Made by a program: the position numbers and the translations under genes. This document shows positions 26,838 through 35,550 of a stretch of 64,000 nt of DNA, one piece after another; within the stretch, counting starts at the first letter, position 1; each line of letters starts with the position of its first letter. The DNA comes from Patescibacteria group bacterium (GTDB lineage Bacteria > Patescibacteriota > Patescibacteriia > 2-01-FULL-39-33): positions 145,685-209,684 of the forward strand of contig JBAZKF010000001.1 in NCBI GenBank assembly GCA_041650895.1, in the 5' to 3' direction. A model generated the notes under the pieces. That model ran no database searches. It was not told where the DNA came from and saw only the letters and a program-made list of their open reading frames with translations.

Positions 26838-27828
26838 AGAGCTGACAAAAGACCAAGAACAAGCTTGGGAAAATTTCTTAAACAATTGCGAAGAATCTAA
26901 CTTCTCCCATAGTCTTAGAATGCGAAAAATTATCCGCGACAATTATGGATTCGCTGATAATTACCTGGTTAGCACCAACGACCGAGGATTAATCGTCGGG
27001 ATTCTGCCGCTTTTTAAGATCAACAAGAAAAAGTCAGTCTCATTGCCCTTCACTGACTCAGCCGGCTTTATCGGCAATGAATCAGCCTTATCGGAATTTG
27101 CTGATTACCTGATGAGACAAACTGCTAAGGATAGCAAGGAATATGAATTACGCCAAGCTGAGGCGAGAAACTTTAGCCAGGCATCGCTAAGCACCGACAA
27201 TATATCTTCGATGATTGATTTAAAAGAAGATTCAGACAACTTATGGAAGAGAATTGATAAAAAAGCCAGAAACCAGGTGCGCAAAGCCGAAAAATACAAT
27301 CCGGAATATTTAAGACAAAAAGAATTATTAGCCGATTTTTACCTGCTCTATCTCAAATCAATGAAACGGCACGGCACGCCAGCCCATAAAGTGACTTTCT
27401 TTGCCAACATAATGGAACAATTTGACGGCATCATCTGCGCCGTTAAATACAATAATCAGACAGTCGCCGCCGCTTTGACTTTTATCCATAAGAATATATT
27501 GCATATTCCTTGGGCGGCCTCTGACAGAAAGTTTAAATCATTAAATTTTAATGACTACCTCTACTGGCGGATGATTTCTGAATCATGCGACAGGGGGCTT
27601 GACGGAGTAGATCTCGGCAGATCGCAAGTTGATTCCCCTGTAGCCAAATTCAAAAATCAATGGGATTGCCGCGATACCGTTCTGCAATACTATTTAATAT
27701 CATCAAAAAGAAAAAATAATAAAGCACCACAAAAATCCGGGTTACGTTATTTAGCAAAGATTTACCGTTTATTGCCATTAAATATCACTGCCCTAATCGG
27801 TCCCCGACTAAGGAAATACCTGCCCTAA
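26827..27828 (+). CDS. FemAB-like / GNAT-fold acyl(aminoacyl)transferase
   Basis: ATG 26827 (MAIKELTKDQEQAWENFL). It has the typical Fem-like layout: W..FL......F.HS, LP.F..., RNQVRKAEK, then a C-terminal FK..W. It is adjacent to the deacetylase, as in exopolysaccharide loci. Confidence 0.6.
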   Translation: MAIKELTKDQEQAWENFLNNCEESNFSHSLRMRKIIRDNYGFADNYLVSTNDRGLIVGILPLFKINKKKSVSLPFTDSAGFIGNESALSEFADYLMRQTAKDSKEYELRQAEARNFSQASLSTDNISSMIDLKEDSDNLWKRIDKKARNQVRKAEKYNPEYLRQKELLADFYLLYLKSMKRHGTPAHKVTFFANIMEQFDGIICAVKYNNQTVAAALTFIHKNILHIPWAASDRKFKSLNFNDYLYWRMISESCDRGLDGVDLGRSQVDSPVAKFKNQWDCRDTVLQYYLISSKRKNNKAPQKSGLRYLAKIYRLLPLNITALIGPRLRKYLP

Positions 27829-27832
27829 AACT

Positions 27833-29251
27833 ATGACAAAAAAAATACTGCTAATTAACCCTGCCCAGTTTCAACCGATCGCCGCCAATCAGCCAGAAAT
27901 CTACGACAAAGAAATAGATTACCTGCCGTCATTGGGAATTTTATATTTGGCTTCCTATTTGAAAAAATTCGGTAATCATGAAATCAAAATTGCGGATTGC
28001 GGCGTAGAAAATATCAGTTACGACGGAATTGGCGATATCGCCAAAGATTTTAAACCGGATATAGTCGGTATAACCGCTTTAACTTTCGTCCTATTAGACG
28101 TCATAGCCATTATTAAAGCGATCAAAACGTCATTTCCCGGGACTTTAATCGTTCTAGGCGGTCCTCATCCGAATTTATACCCCAATGAAACCATTAACCT
28201 GCCCGGAGTGGATTTCATTGTCCTGGGCGAAGGCGAAAAACCGTTTAAGGAGTTGATTGATAATATTGATGATCGCGAAAAATTAAAAACAACACCTGGA
28301 TTGATCTTTAAACTTAATGGAGAAATAATCAACACCGGCCATTGCGAATTAATCAGCAATTTGGACGAATTGCCTTTTCCAGCTCGACAACTGACAAAAT
28401 ATGACAAGTATTTTTCTATCATCGCGCAAAAATCTCCGGTTACCACTATGTTCACTTCTCGCGGCTGTCCTTACCGCTGCCTGTTTTGCGATCGGCCGTA
28501 TTTAGGGAAAATTTTCCGCGCTCGCAGCGCCAAAAACGTCGTTGATGAAATGGCAGAGATTAAAAAAATGGGGATTGAAGAAATCTTCATCTATGACGAC
28601 ACCTTCACCATTAATCGCCAGAGAACTATCGACATTTGCCACGAAGTAATTAACAGAAAATTAGAAATCAATTGGGATATCCGCGCTCGCGTCAATACGG
28701 TTGATGAAGAGGTGCTTCACTGGCTAAAAATAGCCGGCTGCCGGAGAATCCATTTCGGCGTTGAAGCGGGAACTCAAAAGATACTTGATATACTCAAAAA
28801 AGATATCACGCTGGAGATGGTGGAAAAAGTAATCGGCTGGACAAAAAAAGAGGGCATTGAAACCCTCGCCTACTTCATGATCGGCAATCCTTCGGAAACC
28901 TTGGCCGACATTGAACAAACAATAGCATTCGCCAAAAAGATTGATCCGGATTATATTAATGTTTCTATTACCACTCCTTTCCCGGGCACCCAGTTATACG
29001 ATCAGGCTCTGGAAACAGGCATCATCAAAAGCGATGTCTGGAGGGAATTCGCGGCCAACCCTTCAACGCAATTCATTCCGCCGTTATGGACGGAGAATTT
29101 CTCCCGCGACGAGCTGATCGGCTTAATGCGTCAATTCTACGGTTCTTTCTACCGACGCCCCAAATATATCATCAAAAAACTTCTGGCCGTCAAATCCTGG
29201 GGCGAGTTAGTCAGAAAAGCCAAGGCCGGCTGGCAAGTATTAAAATTCTAA
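27833..29251 (+). CDS. B12-binding-domain radical SAM enzyme (class B), paralogue rS1
   Basis: 472 aa. N-terminal VLGGPHPNLYP...VLGEGEKPF (cobalamin-domain signature), SRGCPYRCLFC (CX3CX2C), and C-terminal FYGSFYRRPKYIIKKL. Confidence 0.9.
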   Translation: MTKKILLINPAQFQPIAANQPEIYDKEIDYLPSLGILYLASYLKKFGNHEIKIADCGVENISYDGIGDIAKDFKPDIVGITALTFVLLDVIAIIKAIKTSFPGTLIVLGGPHPNLYPNETINLPGVDFIVLGEGEKPFKELIDNIDDREKLKTTPGLIFKLNGEIINTGHCELISNLDELPFPARQLTKYDKYFSIIAQKSPVTTMFTSRGCPYRCLFCDRPYLGKIFRARSAKNVVDEMAEIKKMGIEEIFIYDDTFTINRQRTIDICHEVINRKLEINWDIRARVNTVDEEVLHWLKIAGCRRIHFGVEAGTQKILDILKKDITLEMVEKVIGWTKKEGIETLAYFMIGNPSETLADIEQTIAFAKKIDPDYINVSITTPFPGTQLYDQALETGIIKSDVWREFAANPSTQFIPPLWTENFSRDELIGLMRQFYGSFYRRPKYIIKKLLAVKSWGELVRKAKAGWQVLKF

Positions 29252-29254
29252 AAC

Positions 29255-30682
29255 CTATTTAAGGACGTTTTTAAAAATGTTAAGTCCCAGCAGAATATCT
29301 TTCAAGTCTGCCAGGGACTTGATTTTTTTTAGCCGATAAATAATATATTTCGGACGTAAATAAAACTTAATAAAGGCTTTGCGTTTTAATTTCAGCAGGG
29401 TATCACTGCTTAAATCGGGCAAATCCATCGGCGGTATATGATTGGAGACTGAACAAAAATCACTCCAATCAAAATCTTTCCTGATGTATCCGCGAGCCTT
29501 TGCTTCTTCATACATGGGAGTTCCCGGATAAGGAATGGCAACAAAAAAGGCTGCTGTGTCCAGATCCAAGCTACAAGCAAAATCAATCGTCTGATTAACC
29601 GTCCAAGGATCTTCGTCAATATAACCAATAATGAATGCTCCGGAAACCAAGATGTCGTTTTTACGGCATAAGTCAACGGCTATTCTAGCTTGTTCCAGTG
29701 TGGCGCCCTTGCACATCTTATCTAAAATTCTCTGCGAGCCCGATTCAAAACCAAAACCGATCCTTTTACAGCCGGCCCGTCTCATTAACTTGAGCATTTC
29801 ATTATTTACCGAATCAACTCTGGCCATAACCACCCAAGAGATATCCAGCTTCCGCCGGATAATCTCTTCACAAAATTCCTTCACTCTATCTTTATTAGCC
29901 GTAAAGAGTTCGTCATGGAAATTAAAAGAAGTAGCCTGGTAATTTTTCATGCATTCTTCAATCTCGGCCAAAACATTACTCACACTCCTAGTACGATAGC
30001 GCCTTTTCCAAACTGATTCCGCCATGCAAAAACCGCAACGATAAGGACAGCCGCGGCCGGATATGATATTAATCGCCTGCCCCGAGTCCGTCGTTCTGGT
30101 CGGCGGCAAGTAATACTTTTCAACCGGCAATAAATCACGAGCCGGGAACGGTATGGTATCAAGATTATCAATCAGCGGGCGGGGTTCTGTTATTAATATT
30201 TCAGCATTATCGCGATAAGCGATGCCTTTAATCACCCCGAAATCGACTTGCTCGGATATTAAGGCGCGGATTAATTCCAAAAAAGTGACTTCCCCTTCGC
30301 CCAAGACGCAAAAATCTATTGCCGGCATACCCCGCATTGTTTCTTCGGCGGCAATTGTCGGATGTGGCCCGCCGACAATGATTTTTATTGCGGGATTAAT
30401 GACTTTTATCCGCCGCGTAATTTCTTTGAGTTGTTTATAGACAGGCGTGGGGAAAGTCAAAGCGATAAATTGCGGCATGATTTCCTTAATCTTTTCATCT
30501 ATCTGATCATAGGACATTTCCAATGCCTCACCGTCAAGAATTGTTATTTCTACTTCCTGTTCATATTGGCGCAAATAAGCCGCCAGATAAGCCAAATTAA
30601 GCGGAGCGGTTTTCCCACCCTGCCCTTCGATACCGTCATAATTAGTGAAAGGCGGATTAATCAATAAAAGTTTATACTTCAT
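29255..30682 (-). CDS. B12-binding-domain radical SAM enzyme (class B), paralogue rS2
   Basis: 475 aa. IVGGPHPTIAA...VLGEGEVTF, GRGCPYRCGFC, C-terminal FIKFYLRPKYIIYRL. Confidence 0.9.
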   Translation of the reverse strand: MKYKLLLINPPFTNYDGIEGQGGKTAPLNLAYLAAYLRQYEQEVEITILDGEALEMSYDQIDEKIKEIMPQFIALTFPTPVYKQLKEITRRIKVINPAIKIIVGGPHPTIAAEETMRGMPAIDFCVLGEGEVTFLELIRALISEQVDFGVIKGIAYRDNAEILITEPRPLIDNLDTIPFPARDLLPVEKYYLPPTRTTDSGQAINIISGRGCPYRCGFCMAESVWKRRYRTRSVSNVLAEIEECMKNYQATSFNFHDELFTANKDRVKEFCEEIIRRKLDISWVVMARVDSVNNEMLKLMRRAGCKRIGFGFESGSQRILDKMCKGATLEQARIAVDLCRKNDILVSGAFIIGYIDEDPWTVNQTIDFACSLDLDTAAFFVAIPYPGTPMYEEAKARGYIRKDFDWSDFCSVSNHIPPMDLPDLSSDTLLKLKRKAFIKFYLRPKYIIYRLKKIKSLADLKDILLGLNIFKNVLK

Positions 30683-31653
30683 AAGTCGGTCTTTTTAAAA
30701 AAATTCTTTACGGGTAAAAAAATAGCAATTAAAATTAATAAATAAGCGAGACTAAACAAATGTACTATGAAACCAGAAATAATAGACGCTTCCTTATTTA
30801 AGCCTAATAGTCCGAAGCTGATAGCCCAACCTGTTTCATAAGTTCCGAAGTCCCACAATCCCTGGATAGGCAAAAAACTTATTAATTGACTAAAAATCAA
30901 ACCCAGAGTTACTTTAAGCCAGTTAAAATCTATATTTAGGGCACGGAAAAAAACTACGATCATTAAAGAAGCGGACGCCAGCCACAAGAACGAAATCAAC
31001 AAATTAGTCAAGTAAACGGGCCAGGAACGAATTGTTTTGACGCTTGTTGCAACCTCTTCCAACTTAGTAGCCAGCTTAGCGCCAAATTGAAATTTAGTCA
31101 ATCTTGCCCAATGCATTAAAATAACAACCGCTTTAACCAGCCAATCAAGGTAGAATAATATGGCAATCGTGGCTAACCCAAGCATAAAACAGCTTAGATA
31201 GATTCTATTAGGCGGAATGTAGCCGGGGTTAAGCAAAATAAAACCGATCAGAAAAGAAAAAGCCACTGCCAAAAGATCAAAAAATCTGGCTACCAACAGG
31301 ACACTAAGCCCTTCTGCTATGGCTACATTCTCACGTTTTTTTATGAAATAAACAAAACTTAACTCACCGCTTCTAAACGGCATTAAATTACAAAAAAAAG
31401 TATAACCCAAAGTAATTTTCAAGGAACTCAAAAAACTTATTTTCTTAGAAAGAATCAAGACTTGCCAGCGCCAAGCCCGCAAACAAACGCCGATAAAATA
31501 AAAAATAAACGCGATTAAAGCGTAAGTCCATGATATATTTGAAATAATATCCCTGGCTTGAGTGAAATCAATCTGAGTTAAAAGCAAACACAATAAAATT
31601 ATGGTTACGGCCAAGGAGATTGTTTTTTTGCGCTTGGTTATCTTTTTCAACAT
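30679..31653 (-). CDS. UPF0104 / lysylphosphatidylglycerol-synthase-TM-region (flippase-like) family membrane protein
   Basis: 324 aa with about 8 TM helices. Includes LRAWRWQVLI and FCNLMPFRSGELSFVYF. Start and stop overlap the neighbouring genes (ATGA, TAATG). Confidence 0.65.
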   Translation of the reverse strand: MLKKITKRKKTISLAVTIILLCLLLTQIDFTQARDIISNISWTYALIAFIFYFIGVCLRAWRWQVLILSKKISFLSSLKITLGYTFFCNLMPFRSGELSFVYFIKKRENVAIAEGLSVLLVARFFDLLAVAFSFLIGFILLNPGYIPPNRIYLSCFMLGLATIAILFYLDWLVKAVVILMHWARLTKFQFGAKLATKLEEVATSVKTIRSWPVYLTNLLISFLWLASASLMIVVFFRALNIDFNWLKVTLGLIFSQLISFLPIQGLWDFGTYETGWAISFGLLGLNKEASIISGFIVHLFSLAYLLILIAIFLPVKNFFKKTDL

Positions 31654-33488
31654 TATTTTATCAAGTTAAGAAACCACATCTTGCCGGGACTGGTTTCAGC
31701 TTCTATTATTCCCGCCTGAGGCCAATCGACAATGTTTATCGCTTGGCTACTGGAGGAAATCTGCCCCGCTAATTCAGCATCATAACCAATTATATATTTT
31801 ACATTATAAACGTCAAAAGCCGACTGAAGTTTTTGCTCCTGCAATAAATGGTTGATAGTATTCGGAGAAAAATAGACAGTTGATACTCCGGTTAAATAAT
31901 TCAACAGAGGATGCAATGACCTATTGCCTACGGCCACCGCCTCTTCCGGTTTGATGGCGACACCCCAAGAACTGATTTGCTCAGCTGAATAAGCAATTTT
32001 CAAATTTATATTATTATCATATCCCCGGCCCCAATAGACATGATTAGCCTGGACTAAGCCATAAATGATTAAAAGAATAATCACCCCGCCGGCCAGCCGA
32101 CTAAATCTCTTTGCAACATAATAATCGCTGATCATCTTAGCTAAGCTCATCAAGCCCAGACTGATAAAAAGAGCAATCACCCAACCCCAATCCATTAAAT
32201 GATTGCGTGAGGCCAGAACGACGTAACTGGAAATAAAAATAGAAAACACCAGCCAACTGACAAAAAGATTGGTTAGATTCTTGTCTCGACGACTCAAGTC
32301 TTTAATACCCAATAACATTAAAATAAAAAACAGTGATCCGCCAATATACTCCAAGGCGAGAAATCGAGAAAGATGCGCCAGCAGATTATTGGATCCGACA
32401 AGAGCCCGCTCCGCCAAATTGATGGGGCGTATGCCGATATTGGCCCCCACCTTAATCAAGTCAATGCTCTTCAATAATCCTCGACCAGCTATGTCGGAAT
32501 TAAATTTGTCTAAAACCGTTTTCTGATCAAAATAAAAAGTATAGGGATCGGGGAAAAGATGGCCGTAAAAATTAAACTCAGACCAATTATTGGTTTGCGT
32601 CTCGCTGGCAAAAAACACCCTGAAATAATCATTATTACCGCTAAAACCGAATATCGCCGGCAACCAGAAAAAAGCTAATATTACAAAAAAAGGAACAAAC
32701 ACCAAACTGATGTTTCCAAGACTGCTTTTGACGGCATTGTTCCTTAAACCGGTTAAGACGGTTTTAAAACGTAACCAAATCAATCGGAAAAAAGACAAAT
32801 CCGTACGGGAATCGATAATAAGGGGTTGCTCTGAGGACTGAAAAATCAACCAAAAAAATAAAACTGGCGGAAATAAGAACATCACTTCCCGCGACAGGCA
32901 AGCTAGCGACAAAAAGACTCCGGACAAAGGCAGAAAAAAATATCTGCCCTTGACTTTACGGCCGATAAAAAACAAAACGCAAAAAACTGAAAAATACAGC
33001 ATCGCGAATTCGTAGGTGCCGATAGTTTGAACCATCTGGGAATTAAACGGCAATAAGATATAAACCAAAGAAAATATTGCGGCTATTTCCCAATCAAACA
33101 AATAAAACACGACGGCCGCAAATAAAACCAAAGCCAATGCCTGAATAATTACGGCAATGACTATTAAAGTGTTGAAATCTGGCAAGCCGATCAACTGAAA
33201 TAATGCAGCATAAGACCAGGTAGTAAACTTATTGCCCTGGGTACTGAGCTGAGCCCGCTGGCTGACTAAAGACGGCGCCAAAACGACATTGCGGCTGTCC
33301 TCCATGCCGTAAACCCCCGTTTGGACAAGATTCCTGGCCAAAATAAAATTCTCCGCTTCGGCCGGTTGGGCAGTACTGCCCTTAAAAAAAACCGGAAAAT
33401 ACCAAAAACCGGCTGCAACAAAAAAAACTACGGGCAATAAAACAAAAAGAATCGAGCTCTTAAACCTAAAATTTGGCTGTTGCGACAT
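31653..33488 (-). CDS. GT-C-like (ArnT/PMT_2-like) polytopic membrane glycosyltransferase, putative
   Basis: 611 aa with more than 12 TM helices. It has an acidic first loop, AEAENFILARNLVQTGVYG, and a C-terminal soluble segment of about 100 aa. Confidence 0.5.
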   Translation of the reverse strand: MSQQPNFRFKSSILFVLLPVVFFVAAGFWYFPVFFKGSTAQPAEAENFILARNLVQTGVYGMEDSRNVVLAPSLVSQRAQLSTQGNKFTTWSYAALFQLIGLPDFNTLIVIAVIIQALALVLFAAVVFYLFDWEIAAIFSLVYILLPFNSQMVQTIGTYEFAMLYFSVFCVLFFIGRKVKGRYFFLPLSGVFLSLACLSREVMFLFPPVLFFWLIFQSSEQPLIIDSRTDLSFFRLIWLRFKTVLTGLRNNAVKSSLGNISLVFVPFFVILAFFWLPAIFGFSGNNDYFRVFFASETQTNNWSEFNFYGHLFPDPYTFYFDQKTVLDKFNSDIAGRGLLKSIDLIKVGANIGIRPINLAERALVGSNNLLAHLSRFLALEYIGGSLFFILMLLGIKDLSRRDKNLTNLFVSWLVFSIFISSYVVLASRNHLMDWGWVIALFISLGLMSLAKMISDYYVAKRFSRLAGGVIILLIIYGLVQANHVYWGRGYDNNINLKIAYSAEQISSWGVAIKPEEAVAVGNRSLHPLLNYLTGVSTVYFSPNTINHLLQEQKLQSAFDVYNVKYIIGYDAELAGQISSSSQAINIVDWPQAGIIEAETSPGKMWFLNLIK

Positions 33489-33497
33489 AATTTAGAG

Positions 33498-34586
33498 TTA
33501 CTTTAAATGAAAATTCCCAAAAACCGCCCTAAACAAATGCCAAGGGCTCATCATAATATTAGGAAGTTGATAACAATAATGAGTACACCAACATTTCTTA
33601 TTCTTAATATCTAACCGTTGCTGTTTCGCAAGGGATGACTGCCAGGCCTTTCTAAAATCATAATCATAATCCCGCAGATTACCTATCTTGGGCAACATTT
33701 CGCAATTATACATATTACCCCAAGCGTCAATAACGGGGAAAAATAAAGCTGAGCGGCAAGGTAGGATTTGTTTTTTTTGCTTCATTATTTTTAATGCTAT
33801 CTTATGGTAATAAGCATAAAACAGCTTATTGGCCAAATCATTGGCCAATGTCTTACTCTTGAATAAAACACGGCTAAGCAATTCCTCATATTGCCCCAAA
33901 TCTACGGGTGCGATTTTTTGCGGGTCAAACGAACCGCGGATTACTTCAATCGTATGATATGTGATGCCGGGATGCTGATCAACAAAATCAATCACCGCGG
34001 CGATATTATCTTGGTTTACATTAGAAATAGTGGTATTAACACTGACCTGCAACAACTCATTAGTCTTAGCGATAGCCGTCAATTTCTCATACGTATCCAA
34101 AAAAAGCTTAAAGTTTCCAGCTATTCCTCTTACCCGATCATGCACCTCTCCGATTCCGTCCAGAGATAGGACTACTTTTAGTTTTATTGGCACGCGAACC
34201 AGTATCCTTTCGACTTGATCCGCTATCTTATCCGGCAAAAGACAATTAGTCGGTATGGCAATTTTTCTAGTGGCGCTGCAACGGTAAAAAATCTCGCAAA
34301 TTTCCGGCAAATCCGGCCGCAAAAACGGTTCACCTCCACCCAAAGTAACGCTTCTTATGTCGCCAATGGTTTGGGTAAATTTTTCTATTTCCGCTAAAGA
34401 AAGCTCCTTAGTTTCCGTGTTTATCACTTGCCAGTTAAAACACATTAGACAACGGGAGTTGCACTTGTTGGTTACTTGAAAAATTAATCCGTAAAGCGGC
34501 CATTCCCTTTTTGATAAAGAATAGAAATAGAACTTGCTTACAGGAAAATATTGTTTAATTATTTTTAATCGTTTAATAAAATCCAT
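33498..34586 (-). CDS. Radical SAM enzyme with Cys-rich SPASM/twitch-like C-terminus (no B12 domain)
   Basis: 362 aa. VTNKCNSRCLMC (CX3CX2C), GGGEPFLRPD, C-terminal LPCRS...YNCE...KKCWCTHYC. Confidence 0.8.
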   Translation of the reverse strand: MDFIKRLKIIKQYFPVSKFYFYSLSKREWPLYGLIFQVTNKCNSRCLMCFNWQVINTETKELSLAEIEKFTQTIGDIRSVTLGGGEPFLRPDLPEICEIFYRCSATRKIAIPTNCLLPDKIADQVERILVRVPIKLKVVLSLDGIGEVHDRVRGIAGNFKLFLDTYEKLTAIAKTNELLQVSVNTTISNVNQDNIAAVIDFVDQHPGITYHTIEVIRGSFDPQKIAPVDLGQYEELLSRVLFKSKTLANDLANKLFYAYYHKIALKIMKQKKQILPCRSALFFPVIDAWGNMYNCEMLPKIGNLRDYDYDFRKAWQSSLAKQQRLDIKNKKCWCTHYCYQLPNIMMSPWHLFRAVFGNFHLK

Positions 34587-34589
34587 AAA

Positions 34590-35546
34590 TTAATCTAGAT
34601 TAAATAACTGCTCTAATTGGTTATTGCTGATCTTTTTTAATCGGCTATTCCTCATTCTGGCATGAAAAATATCAAATGAATTAATAATTATGGAGACAAG
34701 GCTTTTCATAAAGGGCTGGAGATCGGCGGGTTGTCTAAGGCAATGGGCGATATTAAAACGGATATTAAGAGGCAATGATCTGATCAAAAGCAATGCCGGA
34801 TAATTCCTTAGCATAATCAATAGCCGATTACGCATCCACAGGTAGACCGTCCGCTTATTGCCTATTGTCTTATTTACGGTCACGCTCAAACCATGATAGC
34901 TAACGCTGTTTGGCTGATAAACAACTTGATATCCGGCAATATTAACCCTCAACGACAAATCAGTATCTTCATAACCATGATAATATTTTTCGCAGAAACC
35001 ACCGATTTTCTCCAAAACACTGCGCCTGATAATCATGGAAGCGCTACAGGCATAAAGAACCTGCCGACGCTGATTATATTTTGGATCGCTTGATTCTGCG
35101 CCAATACCAATATCATAGCCTTTACCGCGAAACAATATACTACCGCCGGCAGCAGCGATTTTTTCCGGCATACCAGCGAAAAGAATCTTACCTACAGCCT
35201 GGCCGACATTACCATTTGAATCCATTAATCGCACCATCTCAGCCAACCAGGTTTTAGAAAGAACGGCGTCATTATCCATAGTCACTACATATTCAGCTCG
35301 GCCGGAATCAATCCCTTTATTACGCGCCGCCGCCGGACCCAGGTTAGCCTTATTCTCAATAACGGTAATTCCAGGATAGTGCCGTCGAAAATAATCCACT
35401 GAGTCATCCGGAGAATGGTCATCAACCAAAATAATATTATAGTCAATATACGTTGAATCCAACAAAGAGTCAAGGCATTTCGCGGTCAATTCCTTGTTCT
35501 TGTAATTACAAACCACAATATCAATTTTGGGATTAATTTGATTCAT
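34590..35546 (-). CDS. Glycosyltransferase family 2
   Basis: 318 aa. IDIVVCNYKN, ILVDDHSPDDS, NLGPAAARNKG, TMDNDA. Confidence 0.85.
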   Translation of the reverse strand: MNQINPKIDIVVCNYKNKELTAKCLDSLLDSTYIDYNIILVDDHSPDDSVDYFRRHYPGITVIENKANLGPAAARNKGIDSGRAEYVVTMDNDAVLSKTWLAEMVRLMDSNGNVGQAVGKILFAGMPEKIAAAGGSILFRGKGYDIGIGAESSDPKYNQRRQVLYACSASMIIRRSVLEKIGGFCEKYYHGYEDTDLSLRVNIAGYQVVYQPNSVSYHGLSVTVNKTIGNKRTVYLWMRNRLLIMLRNYPALLLIRSLPLNIRFNIAHCLRQPADLQPFMKSLVSIIINSFDIFHARMRNSRLKKISNNQLEQLFNLD

Positions 35547-35550
35547 AAAA

